A DNA stretch of 64,000 bases from Rubripirellula sp. (GTDB lineage: Bacteria; Planctomycetota; Planctomycetia; Pirellulales; Pirellulaceae): contig OZ244207.1 in NCBI GenBank assembly GCA_965216875.1, forward strand, positions 7,296,001 through 7,360,000, in the 5' to 3' direction. Below, one piece after another: positions 38,041-47,623 of the stretch. Position 1 is the stretch's first letter, and each line of letters starts with the position of its first letter. Both the position numbers and the translations under genes were made by a program. The notes beneath the pieces are model-generated. The model was not told the origin of the DNA, did no database searches, and saw only the letters and a program-made list of their open reading frames with translations.

Positions 38041-40275
38041 TTAGCGGCCGGCACGGCCGATCGAACCGAAGACGACATCGACGCCCTCGGGTCCCAGGCC
38101 GCGCGTTGGGCGTCCACGACGTTCTTCGTCGTCCGCATCGTCTTCGTCGTCGCCGTCATCTGGCGGTGCCTGAGGGCCACGCGGAGCCGGGCGTTGATCG
38201 CCATCCGTTCCATCGGGTCCTGTCACCGGTTGAGGTCCACGCGGAGAAAACGGAACGTCATCGGGGCCTTGCCCACCGTCGTTGTCGTTGGTCGGATCGA
38301 CGGGAGCCGGAACGGGCGGATCCACAGGTTGGGGTGGTCGCGGTCGCGATCGGTCCTCATTCGAGTCCACCGGCACGACAAACGCGTTTCGCTGAATCGA
38401 TGTCAATTCGGTGTTGCGCTCGATGACATCCGACAAACGGGTGCTGTCGATTTCGCGGAGTTGTTGTCCGCTGAAAATATTCTGGTACCAAAATCGATCG
38501 CCATCTCGCAGTGCGGTGAACTGATTAAGCAAAGCTGTTCGAGTCAATTCGCCGACACTTCCGCCACGGACGTGGTCTTCGGCCAAGGCACCGACCCAAA
38601 CATCGATGTCATCGACCGATCCGTAAGCTTCCTCCAGTCGAGCTTGGACATCAGGATCGGACGAAATGTCGGCAAAGGTTTCAGCGGGGTCGAGTCCCAG
38701 TTGTTGACGCACTGAGTTGTAATCGGGCAAGCCGTGGTCTCGGCCGCGTTGAATGTTCAATGCGGCGAGGTCAAAGCCGCCTGCACCCGGAGGTCCGAAC
38801 AGGAAGTTACGGACATCATCGACCAACATCGTGTCGACTTCTTGGGAAATGTTCGCCGACAATCCCTTCAAGAGGGAATCGATTCCCTGTTCAACGATTT
38901 CGGCAGGGTTGAAGAACGCGTCCCGGAGCGCAAGGTGCCCATCCTCGATCACGTTGCCATCGTCATCAAGTCGTTTGAGCTCGCCTGAGAGCGTCGTGTG
39001 TCCATAGCGAAACGCGGCCGTTGCAAAAAAGTTGCTGATCGAAGGATCGACTGTCGCATCGTAGCCTTGATACCGTGGCACGGCATCACGTCCGAGCAAC
39101 GACGGTAAGTACTCGTTGAAGGTGATGGCTTGGATCTCGCCGATGACGGTGGCGCGAGCCTGTTGGAAAATTGCCTCGTCCGAAAGGCTTGGGTCGCTTG
39201 CGGCGATTTCATCGGCGAGCCGATTGTGTTCACGGACCCAAAGTGTGTGCATGGCGGTCAGGCCATTTTGTTCGTTTGCGCGAACGTCGCCCGCCTGGAA
39301 GAACCCGAATTCGTCAATGGGCAACAAGTCGCCTTCACTGGTGAGCAAACGCCCACCTTCGAAAGCACGCAACGAGTTTGCGGTTTCTTCACTCGACCCA
39401 TAGACCATCGAGCCATCAATGAATGCAGTGATTTCATTGACGTGGTCACGCGGTGAATCGATTCCCGTTCCCTCGGCAACTGCCGAACGCGTTAGCGAGA
39501 TCTCTTGAGTTCCCGTGTTGAAGGGGTCAAAGAAGGGATCGCCGGTTGGGACGGGAATGTTGAAAGCTTCCTCATGACCTTCGGCGGTCAGGTCAATGTC
39601 GTGATCAATGAATTGTCCCCATTGCCAAACCAAATCGCTCAGTCGGCGGTCATTGAGAACCGATTCGTCCTGAGCCGAGACGACATTGCTGATTTCGCGA
39701 GCGGACGCACGGTCTTGGCCGGAAGGTTCGCCGATACCATCGATATAGTCAGGGTCAAGGACTCGAACAAACGCCGTCCCAGCTGCGCCAAGCGTGGGAT
39801 CGTCGAGGTTGTTGCCGGTACCATCGTAGGACCGAATCTCGGCCAACAGATCTTGTTCGTCACGCGGTTGTCGGCGACCTAGATCGGGGTCGGGTTCATT
39901 GCCGCCGCCAGGGACTCGGTTGCCTGGACCAGGTCCCTCTTCGCGCGCGGGGCTGCCGAGTCGCTCGGATCGCAGCATTCGGTTGATGACGCGCAACGCG
40001 TCGAGCGAGGTCACTTGGCCATCGCCGTTGACATCACGAAACATCGTCAACTGTTCGCCATTGTCCGAACCCCCACCACGTTCTTGGCGAATGCGATTGA
40101 TCACCATCAACGCATCGAGTGACGTCACTTGGCCATCGGCGTTGACATCTTCCGGCATCTCGACATTCTGCATGTCAACGATGTCGCCGGCCAGCAATTG
40201 TCGTCGCTCGAGCGACTGCACGTGCAACCTTCGACTTGGTCGTCGTCGTGATGGTTTTTTTTGCGACTTACTCAT
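38041..40275 (-). CDS. Animal-type heme peroxidase with planctomycete export motif and dockerin type I repeats
   Basis: RRLHVQSLERRQLLA; two DVNxDGQVTSLDAL repeats; RSYDGTGNN, WGQFIDHD, GDVRANE, AFRYGH, NIQRGRDHG, GDRFWY. Confidence 0.93.
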   Translation of the reverse strand: MSKSQKKPSRRRPSRRLHVQSLERRQLLAGDIVDMQNVEMPEDVNADGQVTSLDALMVINRIRQERGGGSDNGEQLTMFRDVNGDGQVTSLDALRVINRMLRSERLGSPAREEGPGPGNRVPGGGNEPDPDLGRRQPRDEQDLLAEIRSYDGTGNNLDDPTLGAAGTAFVRVLDPDYIDGIGEPSGQDRASAREISNVVSAQDESVLNDRRLSDLVWQWGQFIDHDIDLTAEGHEEAFNIPVPTGDPFFDPFNTGTQEISLTRSAVAEGTGIDSPRDHVNEITAFIDGSMVYGSSEETANSLRAFEGGRLLTSEGDLLPIDEFGFFQAGDVRANEQNGLTAMHTLWVREHNRLADEIAASDPSLSDEAIFQQARATVIGEIQAITFNEYLPSLLGRDAVPRYQGYDATVDPSISNFFATAAFRYGHTTLSGELKRLDDDGNVIEDGHLALRDAFFNPAEIVEQGIDSLLKGLSANISQEVDTMLVDDVRNFLFGPPGAGGFDLAALNIQRGRDHGLPDYNSVRQQLGLDPAETFADISSDPDVQARLEEAYGSVDDIDVWVGALAEDHVRGGSVGELTRTALLNQFTALRDGDRFWYQNIFSGQQLREIDSTRLSDVIERNTELTSIQRNAFVVPVDSNEDRSRPRPPQPVDPPVPAPVDPTNDNDGGQGPDDVPFSPRGPQPVTGPDGTDGDQRPAPRGPQAPPDDGDDEDDADDEERRGRPTRGLGPEGVDVVFGSIGRAGR

Positions 40276-40811
40276 GAGTATTCTCCGACAGATGAGACGA
40301 GAGGCATCGACGGTGCGAATGGCTAACCCGTTTGATGCCCGCTGCATGGAAAAGAGATCGCGTCGGGTGGTCTGCCAGTCGTCTTGGCTGACGGTCGGCC
40401 GTCGCGAAGAGTGGACGTTGGTCCATGCCGTCCGGTCTGCACACGAGGATAATCGCTTTTTCGATTTTCGCTCGGAATCCATACCAACGGCACGTCGCTA
40501 CCGGCCACGCTTGAGCTAACGGAGTCTCTGCCACGCGATCCACAACGCTTTTTCATTGGGGATCATCAAGTCGGTTTGTGCCACGGTTGAGTGATTCGAA
40601 AACCGGGAAACTCGATTTATCCCCCCCGGTCGCCACCTCGGTAGGCTCCGATGCGCCCTTGCCAACCGGCTCGCTGTTTTGGGGATCGCCATGGCGGGGT
40701 AGGCTGTAGGAAGTGCTTTCACTCAATCGAATTCAAATACTTTTTCTTTTTGATGCAGTTGGGTGTGGATGAGTTTCCCTTGCCCACGTTGAAATCCCTG
40801 AAACCTTTTCG

Positions 40812-41465
40812 ATGTCAGAGTCAAACGAATCCCAACAACCGATGGTTCCGCCGGAGGATCCGGAGTTGCTGGATCGATTGCGCGCTGACGGCGAGCAAGT
40901 GTTGGCCGACGCGTTTGCGGCAAACCGAGAACGCTTTTGGCATTTGGTTACCTTTCGCATGGATCGTCGTATCGCCGCACGCGTCGATGCCGACGACGTT
41001 TTACAGGAGGCGTTTGTCGCAGCCGTCGCGCGACTCGAACACTACTTACGTGATCCCTCCTTCAGCCTGTTTGTCTGGCTGAGGATGATCGTTTCACAGA
41101 CCTTGATTGATGTTCACAGGCGACATTTCGGAACGGAGATGCGGTCGGCTGGTCGCGAGATTTCGATCGGCGGACCGAAGTACCCACAAACGACATCGGT
41201 TTCATTGGCGGCCCAATTGATCGGCAATCAAACATCACCCAGTGGCGTTGTGGCACGCGATGAGACAAGTGAGGCACTTTCGGCGGCAATTGAACAGATG
41301 TCCGAGATGGACCAGGAAACGATTGCTCTGCGTCACTTCGAAGGTCTGACGAATTCGGAAACCGCTGAGGTCTTGGGGATCAGCGTCACCGCTGCAAGCA
41401 ACCGCTACGTGAGAGCTCTTTCTCGTCTGCGTGACATTTTGGAAGAACTAAACTTGCAAGAGTAA
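40812..41465 (+). CDS. ECF sigma factor, planctomycete kinase-associated type
   Basis: RVDADDVLQE, WLRMI, DVHRRH, TSPS linker, LRHFEGLTNSETAEVLG…RYVRAL. Confidence 0.92.
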   Translation: MSESNESQQPMVPPEDPELLDRLRADGEQVLADAFAANRERFWHLVTFRMDRRIAARVDADDVLQEAFVAAVARLEHYLRDPSFSLFVWLRMIVSQTLIDVHRRHFGTEMRSAGREISIGGPKYPQTTSVSLAAQLIGNQTSPSGVVARDETSEALSAAIEQMSEMDQETIALRHFEGLTNSETAEVLGISVTAASNRYVRALSRLRDILEELNLQE

Positions 41466-41516
41466 CCCCTGACCATCCCAGCTTTCTGAATCCGTTTTCC
41501 AGCCATTACCACCACC

Positions 41517-44384
41517 GTGTCTGACTCTTCAAACAACCCGCAACGCAATCCGATCGAAGCAGTCGCTTCCAACGTTGCCGAATCGATTCGGGGTGGCCGC
41601 AGTGGCGCGGTCGATCCGATCGTTGAGGAGAATCCGGAGATCGAAGCCGAGCTGCGCGACCTGTTGCCGGTGATTCAACGACTGGAAAAGGCTCGCAAGA
41701 CGCAGGCAGAAAGACCTGGCGGGTTGGCAACACTCGGCGCGTCGCGACCGGATCGTTTGGGCGACTTCGAGCTGGTGCGCCAAATCGGTCGCGGCGGGAT
41801 GGGCGTTGTTTATGAGGCTGTGCAGAAGACACTCGGTCGGAAAGTGGCAGTCAAAGTGCTGCCCAAGTCACTGCTGGTCGACGACGAACAACTGAAGCGT
41901 TTCGAGCGTGAAGCCCGAACGGCAGGATCGCTTCACCACACCAACATTGTGCCTGTGTTTGGTGTGGGGGACGATCAAGGCTTTCACTACTACGTGATGC
42001 AGCGGATCTACGGCCAAGGCCTCGATCGTTTGATCGCCGACGGTTCGATGCTCAGCCCAGACCAGGTCGCCGATCTTGGTTTTCAGGCTGCGTCTGCACT
42101 TGCTTATGCACATGATCAAAACGTGCTTCATCGAGACATCAAGCCCGCCAACTTGATCGTCGATGACGAGGGGCAGCTTTGGGTTACCGACTTTGGTGTC
42201 TCCAAAGCGATTGAAGCGGAAGCGGTCACGCGCACCGGTGATGTCGTAGGAACGTTGCGTTACATGGCGCCCGAGCAAATCGTCGGTGTGACCGATGTGC
42301 GAAGCGATATCTATAGCCTCGGCGTGACGCTTTACGAATTACTTGCGGGGCGGCCCGCAATGGACGATGCGTCGGTACGCGAAGCAATCGTGAAACGGCG
42401 TCCCGCGCCGGCACCGACCCCGCTTCGTCAACTGAACCCGGCTGTGCCGCGTGATTTGGAAACGATCCTCAAAACGGCGATGGCGACCGACGCAAAGGAT
42501 CGCTACGCATCAGCCCACGCACTCGCACAGGACCTACAGCACTTTATCGATGGCGATCCGATCTCGGTGCGTCGCATGCCGTTCTGGGAGGTGGCATCGC
42601 GGTGGGCTCGACGCAACCCAGCGGTCGCCGGCCTTTCTGCCCTTTCGGCTCTGTTGCTCGTTTGCGTGACGATCGGTTCGTTGGTCGGATTCCTTTCGGT
42701 TCAACATGCCTACAATCGCGAACATGAATCGCTGCTTGAAGCGAAAGCCAATGCGAAGCTCGCCTCGGGTGCCCTGGACAGTATCTTCCAGCGGTTTTCG
42801 GTTTCCCCCGACGACCTTGGCGATTCATCGTCCGAGTTTTCCGAACCACCTCCGCTTAGCCGTGAAGTGGCCGATCTTCTCGAAGAGCTGATCGGCAACT
42901 ATGACACACTGGTTCAACGAAGCGAATCCGATTCAGAACTGTTGCGTTCGGCTGCCGAAGCGAGGTATGCGATTGGCGAAGTGCACCTGCAGCTTGGCAA
43001 CTATGACGAAGCAATCGCGTCATTCCATCAGGCTCTCTCGGACTACCAACAGCAGTCACTGTGGGCGGATGCCACTTTGGGCGAAGCGAGGATTCGCAAT
43101 CGGATCGGATTGGCTCATCGAATGATCGGAGAACGAAACTTGGCGATCGAGCAGCATGACCTCGCGCTCAAGCTGCTCGATTTTTCGACGACGCCGGGCC
43201 TGTCCGAAAGTCGCGACTACCGGTTTGAACTTGCCAGAACCCATTACCTTCACGCGATGCCGCTGCGACCTGGCATGGGCCCCAACGCATTGCCACCCGT
43301 TGCGGCGCTTGATCTCGCCTCGACGCTCGAGCATCCACGTCCCGGTCGGCCAGATGGACCCGGGCGTCTTGATGGACCCGGGCGACTCGGTGGGCCAGGT
43401 TTTGACGGGCCGCTAGGACGACCACCAGCAACGCGGCTTGGCAATCGCAACCCTCCGCCACCGCGGCTTCGCGCGGGGTTCCGCCACACTCGCCCGACCA
43501 AGTTCGCGTTGACCGACGATGATCGCGAGCATTTGGCGATTGCCATCGAACTCTTACGACAGCTTCATCGGGATCATCCCAATCACATTGGCTACGGAAT
43601 CGCATTGGCATCGTCGCTTCGCGTGCAGTTGAGCGATTCGCGCGGTGACGCAGATGCCGGCGGTTTTGATGTCGACAACGACGCGATCACGCTTTTGCGG
43701 CAACTGTATGATCGCCATCCTCAAGACCCGATCATTCGAAGCGAGTTGGCTGCCGCGCTTTCCGATTTTTCGGTCTTCGAGTCAACGGTTGATTCCGACG
43801 TCATCAACGCGTCCATTGAATCGTTGCGTGAGGCGGTGGTTCACTGCGAATCGCTTTCGTTGGCACACCCGAACGTTCCGACTTACACCAATCGACTCGT
43901 TCACACTCAATTCAAGTTGGCGTCGATGTTGGAACGGGGCGCCGAGCACATCGACGGTCCCAAGGCGCGGGAAGCGTATCAAGAAGCGGGAGTTTCGTTT
44001 GGGCGCGCTGCGCAGCGTTATCGAGAACTTGTAGAGCAATCGCCGGATGCACCGGGATACCGTTGCTGGTATGCCGTTTTCTTGCAACGCCAAGGACAGA
44101 ATGCAATTCGATCAGGATTGTTTGAACAAGCGGCGCGGTGCCTGGAACACTCCATGCGAGAATGGAAAGAGCTGTCCAAAGACAATGCCGAGCATCCGGT
44201 CGCTCGAGCCGCCATGCCGAAGAACTACGCGCTGCTTGCGTTTGTCCATCGCAGACTCGGGCAACACGAGAAGGCTGACGAGATCTTGATGGAGGCAGAA
44301 CTCAATCGGGTCTACCGTGAATTGGATCAGCAAGCTGAGCCGCAACCGGATGACGCGTCAATCGAACCGGCGCCTGAAGACTAG
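41517..44384 (+). CDS. Membrane Ser/Thr protein kinase with TPR-like C-terminal region
   Basis: GRGGMGVVY, VAVK, HRDIKPAN, DFG, APE; RWARRNP plus TM; helical repeats. Confidence 0.95.
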   Translation: MSDSSNNPQRNPIEAVASNVAESIRGGRSGAVDPIVEENPEIEAELRDLLPVIQRLEKARKTQAERPGGLATLGASRPDRLGDFELVRQIGRGGMGVVYEAVQKTLGRKVAVKVLPKSLLVDDEQLKRFEREARTAGSLHHTNIVPVFGVGDDQGFHYYVMQRIYGQGLDRLIADGSMLSPDQVADLGFQAASALAYAHDQNVLHRDIKPANLIVDDEGQLWVTDFGVSKAIEAEAVTRTGDVVGTLRYMAPEQIVGVTDVRSDIYSLGVTLYELLAGRPAMDDASVREAIVKRRPAPAPTPLRQLNPAVPRDLETILKTAMATDAKDRYASAHALAQDLQHFIDGDPISVRRMPFWEVASRWARRNPAVAGLSALSALLLVCVTIGSLVGFLSVQHAYNREHESLLEAKANAKLASGALDSIFQRFSVSPDDLGDSSSEFSEPPPLSREVADLLEELIGNYDTLVQRSESDSELLRSAAEARYAIGEVHLQLGNYDEAIASFHQALSDYQQQSLWADATLGEARIRNRIGLAHRMIGERNLAIEQHDLALKLLDFSTTPGLSESRDYRFELARTHYLHAMPLRPGMGPNALPPVAALDLASTLEHPRPGRPDGPGRLDGPGRLGGPGFDGPLGRPPATRLGNRNPPPPRLRAGFRHTRPTKFALTDDDREHLAIAIELLRQLHRDHPNHIGYGIALASSLRVQLSDSRGDADAGGFDVDNDAITLLRQLYDRHPQDPIIRSELAAALSDFSVFESTVDSDVINASIESLREAVVHCESLSLAHPNVPTYTNRLVHTQFKLASMLERGAEHIDGPKAREAYQEAGVSFGRAAQRYRELVEQSPDAPGYRCWYAVFLQRQGQNAIRSGLFEQAARCLEHSMREWKELSKDNAEHPVARAAMPKNYALLAFVHRRLGQHEKADEILMEAELNRVYRELDQQAEPQPDDASIEPAPED

Positions 44385-45661
44385 GCGGCTTTTGAAGCCG
44401 GAATGGAGCTGAGGATCCGCAGTTTCGGTTCTTCGCGAAGGTCGACGATTGCTGGCGGTCGATCCATGTGGTCTTGATGCCACATTTCAATGGTCGGGCG
44501 AACAAAATCGCCACCACCGGATCGGATAACACGGCCAACACACTCGTTGTTGATCTTGACCATGCTGCCAAGTGGAAACAGCGACGTCGCGTGCAACAGC
44601 GATCGAATGACCCGAGAGTCAAACTTTCCCGCCGTCATGTCCTCGAGCATTTGGGCCATCGCATAGTAGCCTTGAATGCCCAAACGATGCGGGCGTCGAG
44701 AGACCATGCCCACGAACGCATCAGCGGCACCCGCGATTTTGGCAAGCATGTGAATTTGGCAGCTCGCACGCCCACGCGGGTAGCCACTGCCATCGCAGCG
44801 TTCGTGAATCTGATACGCAACCATGCGAGAGAGTGTCGAGATGGTGTCGCCGTAACGTCCTGCGATCTCGATGGCCAAAACAGGATGATCCGCGAGGGTA
44901 CGCAACTGGGCGGGCGACAGTGTTTGTTTGCACTCGAACATGCTGAGCCCAACGGCCCGCATGCCAACATCGTGAACCAAGCACCCGACGCCAAGATCGA
45001 TCAGATGAGCGCGGTCAAGGTTCATCTCGAGTCCAATTGCCATGGCGACGCTGGCAAGATGGAGACCGTGCCGTGACGGATACTCGGATTCGTAAGGGTT
45101 GCAGGCCATGCAGACGAGCGCATCTTGATCCTGCATCAGACGCTTGAGAATCTCGGTGCATGCGGTGTGCAAGGGACCAACACTGTCGGCACGCCCTTCC
45201 ATTGCCTCTTCATAGAATTGATCAATCGATTCGATCTGTTCGTCCGCCGAGTGCGACCACTCCGCTTGCAGGCCTTCGATGTACGGTCCGCTGAGTGGAC
45301 GATTGACGCGTTGGGCGAGAGGTTTGTCGGGAACACCGAGTGTCAGGTCGGCGCCATCATCGATGTCGCGATCGATCTGATCGCTGAACTCGTTGAATCG
45401 CTCTGATTTAACGTAGTGGTGTGAGCGAGGAACTTTCTTGCGGCGTCCCTGTGGTTTGAACGAATTGACAATGGCCAAGTCACGTTGGCTCATCACCACC
45501 GTTTCGACGCCGTGTGAGGTCAAGCGATCAATCATGCCCTGGGTGATTCGTGTTCCTTCCGCAAGCAATCGAATGCGCGGATTGTGGGGGTCGGTGATCG
45601 GAGCCCGCAATACAACGCCAGGCGACAATGCGCTGAGCGGGACTTGTTTACATTTCGCCAT
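44381..45661 (-). CDS. HD-GYP domain protein (paralog 1)
   Basis: HDVG, HP, IHERCDGSGYPRG, ADAF. Confidence 0.9.
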   Translation of the reverse strand: MAKCKQVPLSALSPGVVLRAPITDPHNPRIRLLAEGTRITQGMIDRLTSHGVETVVMSQRDLAIVNSFKPQGRRKKVPRSHHYVKSERFNEFSDQIDRDIDDGADLTLGVPDKPLAQRVNRPLSGPYIEGLQAEWSHSADEQIESIDQFYEEAMEGRADSVGPLHTACTEILKRLMQDQDALVCMACNPYESEYPSRHGLHLASVAMAIGLEMNLDRAHLIDLGVGCLVHDVGMRAVGLSMFECKQTLSPAQLRTLADHPVLAIEIAGRYGDTISTLSRMVAYQIHERCDGSGYPRGRASCQIHMLAKIAGAADAFVGMVSRRPHRLGIQGYYAMAQMLEDMTAGKFDSRVIRSLLHATSLFPLGSMVKINNECVGRVIRSGGGDFVRPTIEMWHQDHMDRPPAIVDLREEPKLRILSSIPASKAA

Positions 45662-45951
45662 GGAATTCCGATCCGTTGGTCTCGCCCCCCTCCCCTTATC
45701 CTTCGCCTGCCCAAGATTCGTTTCGTCGCGAAAAAGGGCGGACTTGAGCGTTCACATGGGAAAACAATCCCAGCCAGCGGAGTCTTTTTCCTGGTCGTCA
45801 AAGTTTGCCAGAATCGGTCAAACGCGTGAAACAAAGTGGGTTTGCCAACATGGGGGGAGCAATCGTCGATTTGCCTACTCGACAACCGACTTTGAGGGTG
45901 TCACGATGGGGCCAAATGAACGCCCACGATAGGAAATCAGCTCTGAAGATC

Positions 45952-46161
45952 ATGCGTTTGCTTGCCCCACTTTTTGCCGTCCTGATGCTTGCCCATGTCG
46001 CTTCTGCGCACCCCGGGCACGGTAACGGCGAAACAGGCGTCCTCCACTATGTCAGTCAGCCAGTCCATTGGATGCCGATTGTTGCCTTGGCCGCCTTTTT
46101 GACTTTGGTTTTGTTGTTGTCGCTGGCGTGGCGACGTAATGGCAAAGTCGCCGAAAACTAA
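45952..46161 (+). CDS. Small exported membrane protein with HPGHG motif (resembles HupE/UreJ N-terminus)
   Basis: 69 aa: signal peptide …VASA|HPGHG, HYxxxPxH, TM helix, basic tail. Confidence 0.7.
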   Translation: MRLLAPLFAVLMLAHVASAHPGHGNGETGVLHYVSQPVHWMPIVALAAFLTLVLLLSLAWRRNGKVAEN

Positions 46162-47438
46162 GCGGCATCGAAACTTGGAATCGAGCGTGTGATCTTGATC
46201 GCAGATTCTTCTTTCAAGTTGATAATCTCGGGCGTCGAATCGGTTGCGTCCGCTGGCCACATCGCGATCGTCGGTTTGTCGTAGTCGGCACCGCCGCTGC
46301 GGATCACGCGACCTACTTGGTTGTTCGATAGATCCACGCAACTGCCGATCGGATACAGCGATGTGACGTGAAGCAACGCTCGCATCACTGTCGGGTCGAA
46401 CTTTCCTGCTTTCGTTTCGTCGAGCAATTGACGAATCGCGTAGTACCCCATGATGCCGAGACGATGTGGGCGTGCGGCCACCATGGCGATGAACGCATCG
46501 GCAATTCCAGCGATGCGGGCGAGCGGATGAACTTGGTCGGATGACCGGCCTCGGGGATAACCGCTTCCATCGAGCCGTTCGTGGATTTGGTAGGCCACAA
46601 ACTTGGATGCGTCCGAGAGTTCACCGTCAAGGTTGCCGGTCAATTCCATCGCATAGACAGGATGGTCCGCCAAAACCACCAGGTCCGCTTTCGCAGCGAT
46701 TTCCTTTCGCTGGAATTGATTCACACCGATCTTCTGCATTCCGAGATCGTGCACCAAACAACCGATGCCGAGGTCGATCAAGCTCGGTTCGTCCAGTCCC
46801 ATTTCGACACCAATCGCCATCGCCATGCTCGCAACATGAACAGAGTGTCTTGTCGGGTAATCGGACTCGTAGGGGGCGCCCGCCAAACAGACAAGTGCGT
46901 CAACGTCTTCACGCAACCGACTGATGATCTGTTTGCACAGTTCTTGAAAGAGACTCAACGAGGCACCGTTTCCGTGAACTGTTTCTTCGTAGGCCAGCTC
47001 AAGGTCTTCGATTTCCTTGTCGCTGTCGGAAGCCCATTGGTGCGTCAGCCCCTCTTCGTAGCCACAATCGAGCGGTCGCTCGAGCTGGTCCGCCACCGAC
47101 GTTTGCGGTTCGGTCACTTCAAGACCGCCCTCGCGATGAACGAGTTCGTCAATTGCTTTGGTGTGGTCGTTGACGGCAAGTGATTGGACGTAGAGATGAG
47201 GCGGTGGGACCTTGGTTCGCCGTCCTTGCGGCTTGAAGGCATTGAGCATCGCCAAGTCTCGTTGACTCACGACGACTTCCGTGATGCCCCGCCTGGCCAG
47301 CTGCTCCAAAAAGGTCCGCGAGATCGTTACGCCTTCGGTAAGCAGGCGAACATTTGGGTTGTGAGGATCCGCGATCGGTGAGCGCAGCGTCGCGCCCACC
47401 GGCAGTTTGCACACATCGATTTTTTTGCGAATCGCCAA
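46158..47438 (-). CDS. HD-GYP domain protein (paralog 2)
   Basis: HDLG, HP, IHERLDGSGYPRG, ADAF; TTG start; colinear with paralog 1. Confidence 0.9.
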   Translation of the reverse strand: MAIRKKIDVCKLPVGATLRSPIADPHNPNVRLLTEGVTISRTFLEQLARRGITEVVVSQRDLAMLNAFKPQGRRTKVPPPHLYVQSLAVNDHTKAIDELVHREGGLEVTEPQTSVADQLERPLDCGYEEGLTHQWASDSDKEIEDLELAYEETVHGNGASLSLFQELCKQIISRLREDVDALVCLAGAPYESDYPTRHSVHVASMAMAIGVEMGLDEPSLIDLGIGCLVHDLGMQKIGVNQFQRKEIAAKADLVVLADHPVYAMELTGNLDGELSDASKFVAYQIHERLDGSGYPRGRSSDQVHPLARIAGIADAFIAMVAARPHRLGIMGYYAIRQLLDETKAGKFDPTVMRALLHVTSLYPIGSCVDLSNNQVGRVIRSGGADYDKPTIAMWPADATDSTPEIINLKEESAIKITRSIPSFDAA

Positions 47439-47623
47439 GATGTTGCCCCCATCCCCAATGCGAATCGCCCCTGATTCGCATGGCCGCCATCAGATAGCGC
47501 GCCACTTCTTTCCATCGGCTTTGAAGGCTCGCCATTTCACCTTTCTCGCCGTGCAAACTCGGAAACGGGGTTCGTGTCCCCCTATGTCGGCGTATGACGA
47601 CACGACTTTGGTGGGTGACTTTT

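Noticed and set aside
47551..47580. GCAAACTCGGAAACGGGG resembling P2 of a c-di-GMP-I riboswitch near an HD-GYP gene
   Set aside because: It is on the strand opposite to the gene and lacks the following GACGCAAA and P3 elements
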